Part shown: piece by piece, positions 1 through 14,165 of the stretch
Numbering within the stretch: the stretch's first letter is position 1
Layout: each line of letters opens with the position of its first letter
Source of the DNA: the human T2T-CHM13v2.0 reference genome, Homo sapiens
Direction: 5' to 3' (one strand)
NCBI RefSeq assembly: GCF_009914755.1
Contig: NC_060948.1
DNA: 64,000 nucleotides
Position numbers and translations under genes: made by a program
Notes under the pieces: model-generated
The model's input: the letters and a program-made list of their open reading frames with translations, nothing else
Databases searched by the model: none
What the model was told of the DNA's origin: nothing

Positions 1-221
1 CGTCACCATGGCGATAGGGCATAAACATTGCTGGGTGAGGGCACAATCCACATTGTGAGGTCCAACTGCTGCCAGGAAGACAGGAGTGCTTTTACATAGA
101 CCGAAAGGTCATTGAAGGCTCAGAGTTTTCTTTCAAGAACTGAATCCCAAGCCCACACGTTATTAGGCTGCGCTTCTTAAAACAAGTTATGAGATGGGAA
201 AAAGGGCACCCACAAACATAC

Positions 222-1776
222 GTATACATTATGTATATAATAATATACAGTATCATATATATAATATATATAACCTATGTATAATATTGTTTTACATCCT
301 GCATCTAATGTTATATATATTGTATAAAATATAATAATTGATAATATATAAGTTTTATAATTATACAATATGACATATAGTATATATTATAATTTATGAC
401 ATATATAATATATGTTATATGTCATATATAGAATATATTATACGGTTAATATACGTATTAAATATAAATTATACATTATATATATTATATATAATATATC
501 TGTTATATATAATACCCATTATGCATAATATATATATTATGTCTATGTTATATATAGTATAAAACAACATATAATAATATATAATTGTATATATAAAATG
601 CGACATATAATATATATTATATTTTATAACATATGTAATATATATTATATATTATATATAATACGTTGTATGTATAATACCTATATTAAATATATATTAT
701 ATGACTATGTTATTAATTACATGTCACATGTGTTATATATTATATATTTTACATAGAATATACCGGTTACATACAATATATACTATGTTACCTATAATGT
801 ATAATTTATTACATGTAAAATAAAGAATGCAATATATTATTTATAATTTATAATATACCATATGTGGAATGTGATATATATAACATATAATATATGATAT
901 ATGATATACAGTATATGATATATAACATACAATATATGATTCCTAATATATATGGTATACAATATATATTTTATGATATGTATTCTATATGTTTTATATT
1001 CTGTTATATATAACTATTTGAAATTATATATAACTGTATAATATTTTATGTAAATATGTAATATAATATATATAACTATATAATATATTATATATAACTA
1101 TATATTATGTTATATATACTTTTATAACATAATTTACATAAAATATCATAATATAATATATATTATATTATTTCATATTACATAATATATATTACATATC
1201 ACCCAATATAACTAACATACATAATATTATAATATAGATTATATTATGTTATATTAAATATCATATATATCATGTATCATATATTCTATAATATATATTA
1301 CACATTATATAATATGTATGTTGTCTATTATGTGATATATATAACTATATATATAATTATATTTTTATACATATAACTAGATAAACATGTAATTCTACAT
1401 ATTTTCATTTATAATATGTAGAATTATAAAATCATATATAATTATTTATATTCTATAAAAAATTTTATCATTATATAAATTATAATATATAAAAATTATA
1501 ATAGGTACTACAAATATATATATTATATATCATATATGATATAGTACCTTTGTTATATTTCATAATACATATAAATGTGTATTATGTTATCTATAATTAT
1601 ATAATTTCATATATAAGATGTATAATGTGTATCATATATTATATATGTTATGTAATATATATAGTATATATAAGATGACACAGGATAAATATTATATACT
1701 ATGACATATAAAATATATGAGGTTATATGTTACATATAAGGCATAGCACATAACATGTAATATATATCATATATAA
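222..1776. repeat. TA-rich low-complexity block of the DYZ2 unit (representative copy; present in every unit)
   Basis: Degenerate (TA)n/ATATT/ATATG sequence with sparse G/C interruptions. It runs from about CATACGTATACATT to the poly-T of the Alu. Confidence 0.93.
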
Positions 1777-2068
1777 TTTTTTTTTAGACAGAATCTTGTC
1801 CTGTTGCACAGGGTGGGGTACAATGGCGCCATCTTTGCTCACTGCAACTTCTGTCTCACGGGTCCAAGCGATTGTCCTCCCTCAGCCTCCCAGGTAGCTG
1901 GGACTACACCACACTGGGACTACACCAGCTGCCACCATGCCTAGCTAATTTTTTGGATTTTTAGTAGTGACAGCGTTTCACTGTATTGGCCAGGATGGTC
2001 TTGATCTCTTCACCTTGTGATCCCCTTGCCTTGGCCTCCAAATTTGCTGGGATTACAGGCCTGAGCCA
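1777..2068 (-). mobile_element. Diverged, 5'-truncated Alu SINE (Sc/Y lineage), unit 1
   Basis: Antisense Alu: T9 tail, GCTCACTGCAAC, CCTCAGCCTCCC, TAGCTGGGACTACA, linker CTAATTTTTTGGATTTTTAGTAG, GGCCAGGATGGTCTTGATCTC, CCTTGGCCTCC, TGCTGGGATTACAGGC, TGAGCCA. About 12 nt of the 5' end is missing, and there is an internal 16-bp duplication. Confidence 0.95.
1898..1927 (+). repeat. 16-bp-period tandem duplication inside the Alu (CTGGGACTACACCA-ca-CTGGGACTACACCA), present in all units
   Basis: Direct repeat at 1898-1911 and 1914-1927; the Alu consensus has a single CTGGGACTACA here. Confidence 0.92.
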
Positions 2069-2641
2069 AGATCCATATTTTTTAAATGAAAAAAAATTTC
2101 AAAGGTACTCTGCTTGGTACAATAATCAAATGTATAAACTGAGGAATAAAACATAACCATGAAACCTACTTATAACTGCATATGGAAAATACAGAGGATA
2201 ATTTTTTAAATAACATATTTTGAAAGCCTTAACTAGTAATTTGAAGAGTTGGCATTTGAAAGGCCAGTATGAATATACCTTCAAAGCAGCAACACAGGTT
2301 CCCCATGAGAAAAAGCAAACACAGGGAAAATAAAAACACAAAGGTTCAATCTCTTCTGACCTTTGAAAGACACAGCACAGACAGTGGTCCTTAGGACGAA
2401 GAGCAGGAGACCCCTAATTCCGTCACCATGGCGATAGGGCATAAACATTGCTGGGTGAGGGCACAATCCACATTGTGAGGTCCAACTGCTGCCAGGAAGA
2501 CAGGAGTGCTTTTACATAGACCGAAAGGTCATTGAAGGCTCAGAGTTTTCTTTCAAGAACTGAATCCCAAGCCCACACGTTATTAGGCTGCGCTTCTTAA
2601 AACAAGTTATGAGATGGGAAAAAGGGCACCCACAAACATAC
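2069..2641. repeat. Higher-GC, non-Alu segment of the DYZ2 unit (HSATI-like part; representative copy, present in every unit; 1-221 is the tail of the preceding copy)
   Basis: Complex sequence between the Alu 5' end and the next TA block, nearly invariant between units. The HSATI name comes from established DYZ2 composition, not from an alignment I ran. Confidence 0.75.
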
Positions 2642-4196
2642 GTATACATTATGTATATAATAATATACAGTATCATATATATAATATATATAACCTATGT
2701 ATAATATTGTTTTACATCCTGCATCTAATGTTATATATATTGTATAAAATATAATAATTGATAATATATAAGTTTTATAATTATACAATATGACATATAG
2801 TATATATTATAATTTATGACATATATAATATATGTTATATGTCATATATAGAATATATTATACGGTTAATATACGTATTAAATATAAATTATACATTATA
2901 TATATTATATATAATATATCTGTTATATATAATACCCATTATGCATAATATATATATTATGTCTATGTTATATATAGCATAAAACAACATATAATAATAT
3001 ATAATTGTATATATAAAATGCGACATATAATATATATTATATTTTATTACATATGTAATATATATTATATATTATATATAATACGTTGTATGTATAATAC
3101 CTATATTAAATATATATTATATGACTATGTTATTAATTACATGTCACATGCGTTATATATTATATATTTAATATAGAATATACCGGTTACATACAATATA
3201 TACTATGTTACCTATAATGTATGATTTATTACATGTAAAATAAAGAATGCAATACATTATGTAAAATTTATAATATACCATATGTGGAATGTGATATATA
3301 TAACATATAATATATGATATATGATGTACAGTATATGATATATAACATACAATATATGATTCCTAATATATATGGTATACAATATATATTTTATGTTATG
3401 TATTCTATATGTTTTATATTCTGTTATATATAACTATTTGAAATTATATATAACTGTATAATATTTTATGTAAATATGTAATATAATATATATAACTATA
3501 TAATATATTATATATAACTATATATTATGTTATATATACTTTTATAACATAATTTACATAAAATATCATAATATAATATATAATATATTATTTCATATTA
3601 CATAATATATATTACATATCACCCAATATAACTAACATACATAATATTATAATATAGATTATATTATGTTATATTAAATATCATATATATCATGTATCAT
3701 ATATTCTATAATATATATTACACCTTATATAATATGTATGTTGTCTATTATGTGATATATATAACTATATATATAATTATATTTTTATACATATAACTAG
3801 ATAAACATGTAATTCTACATATTTTCATTTATAATATGTAGAATTATAAAATCATATATAATTATTTATATTCTATAAAAAATTTTATCATTATATAAAT
3901 TATAATATATAAAAATTATAATAGGTACTACAAATATATATATTATATATCATATATGATATAGTACCTTTGTTATATTTCATAATACATATAAATATGT
4001 ATTATGTTATCTATAATTATATAATTTCATATATAAGATGTATAATGTGTATCATATATTATATATGTTATGTAATATATATAGTATATATAAGATGACA
4101 CAGGATAAATATTATATACTATGACATATAAAATATATGAGGTTATATGTTACATATAAGGCATAGCACATAACATGTAATATATATCATATATAA

Positions 4197-4488
4197 TTTT
4201 TTTTTAGACAGAATCTTGTCCTGTTGCACAGGGTGGGGTACAATGGCGCCATCTTTGCTCACTGCAACTTCTGTCTCACGGGTCCAAGCGATTGTCCTCC
4301 CTCAGCCTCCCAGGTAGCTGGGACTACACCACACTGGGACTACACCAGCTGCCACCATGCCTAGCTAATTTTTTGGATTTTTAGTAGTGACAGCGTTTCA
4401 CTGTATTGGCCAGGATGGTCTTGATCTCTTCACCTTGTGATCCCCTTGCCTTGGCCTCCAAATTTGCTGGGATTACAGGCCTGAGCCA
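4197..4488 (-). mobile_element. Diverged Alu, unit 2
   Basis: Near-identical copy of 1777-2068. Confidence 0.95.
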
Positions 4489-6593
4489 AGATCCATATTT
4501 TTTAAATGAAAAAAAATTTCAAAGGTACTCTGCTTGGTACAATAATCAAATGTATAAACTGAGGAATAAAACATAACCATGAAACCTACTTATAACTGCA
4601 TATGGAAAATACAGAGGATAATTTTTTAAATAACATATTTTGAAAGCCTTAACTAGTAATTTGAAGAGCTGGCATTTGAAAGGCCAGTATGAATATACCT
4701 TCAAAGCAGCAACACAGGTTCCCCATGAGAAAAAGCAAACACAGGGAAAATAAAAACACAAAGGTTCAATCTCTTCTGACCTTTGAAAGACACAGCACAG
4801 ACAGTGGTCCTTAGGACGAAGAGCAGGAGACCCCTAATTCCGTCACCATGGCGATAGGGCATAAACATTGCTGGGTGAGGGCACAATCCACATTGTGAGG
4901 TCCAACTGCTGCCAGGAAGACAGGAGTGCTTTTACATAGACCGAAAGGTCATTGAAGGCTCAGAGTTTTGTTTCAAGAACTGAATCCCAAGCCCACACGT
5001 TATTAGGCTGCGCTTCTTAAAACAAGTTATGAGATGGGAAAAAGGGCACCCACAAACATACGTATACATTATGTATATAATAATATACAGTATCATATAT
5101 ATAATATATATAACCTATGTATAATATTGTTTTACATCCTGCATCTAATGTTATATATATTGTATAAAATATAATAATTGATAATATATAAGTTTTATAA
5201 TTATACAATATGACATATAGTATATATTATAATTTATGACATATATAATATATGTTATATGTCATATATAGAATATATTATACGGTTAATATACGTATTA
5301 AATATAAATTATACATTATATATATTATATATAATATATCTGTTATATATAATACCCATTATGCATAATATATATATTATGTCTATGTTATATATAGCAT
5401 AAAACAACATATAATAATATATAATTGTATATATAAAATGCGACATATAATATATATTATATTTTATTACATATGTAATATATATTATATATTATATATA
5501 ATACGTTGTATGTATAATACCTATATTAAATATATATTATATGACTATGTTATTAATTACATGTCACATGCGTTATATATTATATATTTTATATAGAATA
5601 TACCGGTTACATACAATATATACTATGTTACCTATAATGTATAATTTATTACATGTAAAATAAAGAATGCAATATATTATGTAAAATTTATAATATACCA
5701 TATGTGGAATGTGATATATATAACATATAATATATGATATATGATGTACAGTATATGATATATAACATACAATATATGATTCCTAATATATATGGTATAC
5801 AATATATATTTTATGTTATGTATTCTATATGTTTTATATTCTGTTATATATAACTATTTGAAATTATATATAACTGTATAATATTTTATGTAAATATGTA
5901 ATATAATATATATAACTATATAATATATTATATATAACTATATATTATGTTATATATACTTTTATAACATAATTTACATAAAATATCATAATATAATATA
6001 TAATATATTATTTCATATTACATAATATATATTACATATCACCCAATATAACTAACATACATAATATTATAATATAGATTATATTATGTTATATTAAATA
6101 TCATATATATCATGTATCATATATTCTATAATATATATTACACCTTATATAATATGTATGTTGTCTATTATGTGATATATATAACTATATATATAATTAT
6201 ATTTTTATACATATAACTAGATAAACATGTAATTCTACATATTTTCATTTATAATATGTAGAATTATATAATCATATATAATTATTTATATTCTATAAAA
6301 AATTTTATCATTATATAAATTATAATATATAAAAATTATAATATGTACTACAAATATATATATTATATATCATATATGATATAGTACCTTTGTTATATAT
6401 CATAATACATATAAATGTGTATTATGTTATCTATAATTATATAATTTCATATATAAGATGTATAATATGTATCATATATTATATATGTTATGTAATATAT
6501 ATAGTATATATACGATGACACAGGATAAATATTATATACTATGACATATAAAATATATGAGGTTATATGTTACATATAAGGCATAGCACATAA

Positions 6594-6908
<315 letters not shown>

Positions 6909-9013
6909 AGATCCATATTTTTTAAATGAAAAAAAATTTCAAAGGTACTCTGCTTGGTACAATAATCAAATGTATAAACTGAGGAATAAAACATAACCAT
7001 GAAACCTACTTATAACTGCATATGGAAAATACAGAGGATAATTTTTTAAATAACATATTTTGAAAGCCTTAACTAGTAATTTGAAGAGCTGGCATTTGAA
7101 AGGCCAGTATGAATATACCTTCAAAGCAGCAACACAGGTTCCCCATGAGAAAAAGCAAACACAGGGAAAATAAAACCACAAAGGTTCAATCTCTTCTGAC
7201 CTTTGAAAGACACAGCACAGACAGTGGTCCTTAGGACGAAGAGCAGGAGACCCCTAATTCCGTCACCATGGCGATAGGGCATAAACATTGCTGGGTGAGG
7301 GCACAATCCACATTGTGAGGTCCAACTGCTGCCAGGAAGACAGGAGTGCTTTTACATAGACCGAAAGGTCATTGAAGGCTCAGAGTTTTCTTTCAAGAAC
7401 TGAATCCCAAGCCCACACGTTATTAGGCTGCGCTTCTTAAAACAAGTTATGAGATGGGAAAAAGGGCACCCACAAACATACGTATACATTATGTATATAA
7501 TAATATACAGTATCATATATATAATATATATAACCTATGTATAATATTGTTTTACATCCTGCATCTTATGTTATATATATTGTATAAAATATAATAATTG
7601 ATAATATATAAGTTTTATAATTATACAATATGACATATAGTATATATTATAATTTATGACATATATAATATATGTTATATGTCATATATAGAATATATTA
7701 TACGGTTAATATACGTATTAAATATAAATTATACATTATATATATTATATATAATATATCTGTTATATATAATACCCATTATGCATAATATATATATTAT
7801 GTCTATGTTATATATAGTATAAAACAACACATAATAATATATAATTGTATATATAAAATGCGACATATAATATATATTATATTTTATAACATATGTAATA
7901 TATATTATATATTATATATAATACGTTGTATGTATAATACCTATATTAAATATATATTATATGACTATGTTATTAATTACATGTCACATGTGTTATATAT
8001 TATATATTTTACATACAATATACCGGTTACATACAATATATACTATGTTACCTATAATGTATAATTTATTACATGTAAAATAAAGAATGCAATATATTAT
8101 GTATAATTTATAATATACCATATGTGGAATGTGATATATATAACATATAATATATGATATATGATATACAGTATATGATATATAACATACAATATATGAT
8201 TCCTAATATATATGGTATACAATATATATTTTATGATATGTATTCTATATGTTTTATATTCTGTTATATATAACTATTTGAAATTATATATAACTGTATA
8301 ATATTTTATGTAAATATGTAATATAATATATATAACTATATAATATATTATATATAACTATATATTATGTTATATATACTTTTATAACATAATTTACATA
8401 AAATATCATAATATAATATATATTATATTATTTCATATTACATAATATATATTACATATCACCCAATATAACTAACATACATAATATTATAATATAGATT
8501 ATATTATGTTATATTAAATATCATATATATCATGTATCATATATTCTATAATATATATTACACATTATATAATATGTATGTTGTCTATTATGTGATATAT
8601 ATAACTATATATATAATTATATTTTTATACATATAACTAGATAAACATGTAATTCTACATATTTTCATTTATAATATGTAGAATTATAAAATCATATATA
8701 ATTATTTATATTCTATAAAAAATTTTATCATTATATAAATTATAATATATAAAAATTATAATATGTACTACAAATATATATATTATATATCATATATGAT
8801 ATAGTACCTTTGTTATATTTCATAATACATATAAATGTGTATTATGTTATCTATAATTATATAATTTCATATATAAGATGTATAATGTGTATCATATATT
8901 ATATATGTTATGTAATATATATAGTATATATAAGATGACACAGGATAAATATTATATACTATGACATATAAAATATATGAGGTTATATGTTACATATAAG
9001 GCATAGCACATAA

Positions 9014-9328
<315 letters not shown>

Positions 9329-11433
9329 AGATCCATATTTTTTAAATGAAAAAAAATTTCAAAGGTACTCTGCTTGGTACAATAATCAAATGTATAAACT
9401 GAGGAATAAAACATAACCATGAAACCTACTTATAACTGCATATGGAAAATACAGAGGATAATTTTTTAAATAACATATTTTGAAAGCCTTAACTAGTAAT
9501 TTGAAGAGTTGGCATTTGAAAGGCCAGTATGAATATACCTTCAAAGCAGCAACACAGGTTCCCCATGAGAAAAAGCAAACACAGGGAAAATAAAAACACA
9601 AAGGTTCAATCTCTTCTGACCTTTGAAAGACACAGCACAGACAGTGGTCCTTAGGACGAAGAGCAGGAGACCCCTAATTCCGTCACCATGGCGATAGGGC
9701 ATAAACATTGCTGGGTGAGGGCACAATCCACATTGTGAGGTCCAACTGCTGCCAGGAAGACAGGAGTGCTTTTACATAGACCGAAAGGTCATTGAAGGCT
9801 CAGAGTTTTCTTTCAAGAACTGAATCCCAAGCCCACACGTTATTAGGCTGCGCTTCTTAAAACAAGTTATGAGATGGGAAAAAGGGCACCCACAAACATA
9901 CGTATACATTATGTATATAATAATATACAGTATCATATATATAATATATATAACCTATGTATAATATTGTTTTACATCCTGCATCTTATGTTATATATAT
10001 TGTATAAAATATAATAATTGATAATATATAAGTTTTATAATTATACAATATGACATATAGTATATATTATAATTTATGACATATATAATATATGTTATAT
10101 GTCATATATAGAATATATTATACGGTTAATATACGTATTAAATATAAATTATACATTATATATATTATATATAATATATCTGTTATATATAATACCCATT
10201 ATGCATAATATATATATTATGTCTATGTTATATATAGTATAAAACAACATATAATAATATATAATTGTATATATAAAATGCGACATATAATATATATTAT
10301 ATTTTATAACATATGTAATATATATTATATATTATATATAATACGTTGTATGTATAATACCTATATTAAATATATATTATATGACTATGTTATTAATTAC
10401 ATGTCACATGTGTTATATATTATATATTTTACATAGAATATACCGGTTACATACAATATATACTATGTTACCTATAATGTATAATTTATTACATGTAAAA
10501 TAAAGAATGCAATATATTATGTATAATTTATAATATACCATATGTGGAATGTGATATATATAACATATAATATATGATATATGATATACAGTATATGATA
10601 TATAACATACAATATATGATTCCTAATATATATGGTATACAATATATATTTTATGATATGTATTCTATATGTTTTATATTCTGTTATATATAACTATTTG
10701 AAATTATATATAACTGTATAATATTTTATGTAAATATGTAATATAATATATAAAACTATATAATATATTATATATAACTATATATTATGTTATATATACT
10801 TTTATAACATAATTTACATAAAATAGCATAATATAATATATATTATATTATTTCATATTACATAATATATATTACATATCACCCAATATAACTAACATAC
10901 ATAATATTATAATATAGATTATATTATGTTATATTAAATATCATATATATCATGTATCATATATTCTATAATATATATTACACATTATATAATATGTATG
11001 TTGTCTATTATGTGATATATATAACTATATATATAATTATATTTTTATACATATAACTAGATAAACATGTAATTCTACATATTTTCATTTATAATATGTA
11101 GAATTATAAAATCATATATAATTATTTATATTCTATAAAAAATTTTATCATTATACAAATTATAATATATAAAAATTATAATATGTACTACAAATATATA
11201 TATTATATATCATATATGATATAGTACCTTTGTTATATTTCATAATACATATAAATGTGTATTATGTTATCTATAATTATATAATTTCATATATAAGATG
11301 TATAATGTGTATCATATATTATATATGTTATGTAATATATATAGTATATATAAGATGACACAGGATAAATATTATATACTATGACATATAAAATATATGA
11401 GGTTATATGTTACATATAACGCATAGCACATAA

Positions 11434-11748
<315 letters not shown>

Positions 11749-13850
11749 AGATCCATATTTTTTAAATGAAAAAAAATTTCAAAGGTACTCTGCTTGGTAC
11801 AATAATCAAATGTATAAACTGAGGAATAAAACATAACCATGAAACCTACTTATAACTGCATATGGAAAATACAGAGGATAATTTTTTAAATAACATATTT
11901 TGAAAGCCTTAACTAGTAATTTGAAGAGTTGGCATTTGAAAGGCCAGTATGAATATACCTTCAAAGCAGCAACACAGGTTCCCCATGAGAAAAAGCAAAC
12001 ACAGGGAAAATAAAACCACAAAGGTTCAATCTCTTCTGACCTTTGAAAGACACAGCACAGACAGTGGTCCTTAGGACGAAGAGCAGGAGACCCCTAATTC
12101 CGTCACCATGGCGATAGGGCATAAACATTGCTGGGTGAGGGCACAATCCACATTGTGAGGTCCAACTGCTGCCAGGAAGACAGGAGTGCTTTTACATAGA
12201 CCGAAAGGTCATTGAAGGCTCAGAGTTTTGTTTCAAGAACTGAATCCCAAGCCCACACGTTATTAGGCTGCGCTTCTTAAAACAAGTTATGAGATGGGAA
12301 AAAGGGCACCCACAAACATACGTATACATTATGTATATAATAATATACAGTATCATATATATAATATATATAACCTATGTATAATATTGTTTTACATCCT
12401 GCATCTTATGTTATATATATTGTATAAAATATAATAATTGATAATATATAAGTTTTATAATTATACAATATGACATATAGTATATATTATAATTTATGAC
12501 ATATATAATATATGTTATATGTCATATATAGAATATATTATACGGTTAATATACGTATTAAATATAAATTATACATTATATATATTATATATAATATATC
12601 TGTTATATATAATACCCATTATGCATAATATATATATTATGTCTATGTTATATATAGTATAAAACAACATATAATAATATATAATTGTATATATAAAATG
12701 CGACATATAATATATATTATATTTTATAACATATGTAATATATATTATATATTATATATAATACGTTGTATGTATAATACCTATATTAAATATATATTAT
12801 ATGACTATGTTATTAATTACATGTCACATGTGTTATATATTATATATTTTACATAGAATATACCGGTTACATACAATATATACTATGTTACCTATAATGT
12901 ATAATTTATTACATGTAAAATAAACAATGCAATATATTATGTATAATTTATAATATACAATATGTGGAATGTGATATATATAACATATAATATATGATAT
13001 ATGATATACAGTATATGATATATAACATACAATATATGATTCCTAATATATATGGTATACAATATATATTTTATGATATGTATTCTATATGTTTTATATT
13101 CTGTTATATATAACTATTTGAAATTATATATAACTGTATAATATTTTATGTAAATATGTAATATAATATATATAACTATATAATATATTATATATAACTA
13201 TATATTATGTTATATATACTTTTATAACATAATTTACATAAAATAGCATAATATAATATATATTATATTATTTCATATTACATAATATATATTACATATC
13301 ACCCAATATAACTAACATTCATATTATAATATAGATTATATTGTGTTATATTAAATATCATATATATCATGTATCATATATTCTATAATATGTATTACAC
13401 ATTATATAATATGTATGTTGTCTATTATGTGATATATATAACTATATATATAATTATATTTTTATACATGTAACTAGATAAACATGTAATTCTACATATT
13501 TTCATTTATAATATGTATAATTATATAATCATATATAATTATTTATATTCTATAAAAAATTTTATCATTATATAAATTATAATATATAAAAATTATAATA
13601 TGTACTACAAATATATATATTATATATCATATATGATATAGTACCATTGTTATATTTCATAATACATATAAATGTGTATTATGTTATCTATAATTATATA
13701 ATTTCATATATAAGATGTATAATATGTATCATAAATTATATATGTTATGTAATATATATAGTATATATAAGATGACACAGGATAAATATTATATACTATG
13801 ACATATAAAATATATGAGGTTATATGTTACATATAAGGCATAGCACATAA

Positions 13851-14165
<315 letters not shown>

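Noticed and set aside
2-58. Strong Kozak context GTCACCATGG
   Set aside because: Gives only a 16-codon ORF ending at TGA, with no promoter evidence.
177-368. 63-aa Y/I-rich ORF in six units, and the 68-aa ORF at 7858-8064
   Set aside because: Translations of TA-rich sequence that open or close with single SNPs (e.g. 307, 8016).
222-1776. TATA boxes and AATAAA polyadenylation signals
   Set aside because: Expected by chance in such AT-rich sequence; no supporting context.
1931-1948. Kozak-like GCCACCATG in the Alu
   Set aside because: CpG decay of Alu GCCACCACG; it reads ATG CCT AGC TAA and stops immediately.
2097-2368. MITE/DNA transposon bounded by the 10-bp inverted repeat
   Set aside because: The repeat is short, with no target-site duplication and no recognisable TIR family.
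2126-2466. Repeated 71-aa and 61-aa minus-strand ORFs
   Set aside because: Short, overlapping, compositionally biased and with no recognisable domain. They recur only because the DNA unit recurs, and the 61-aa ORF is lost in the last copy.
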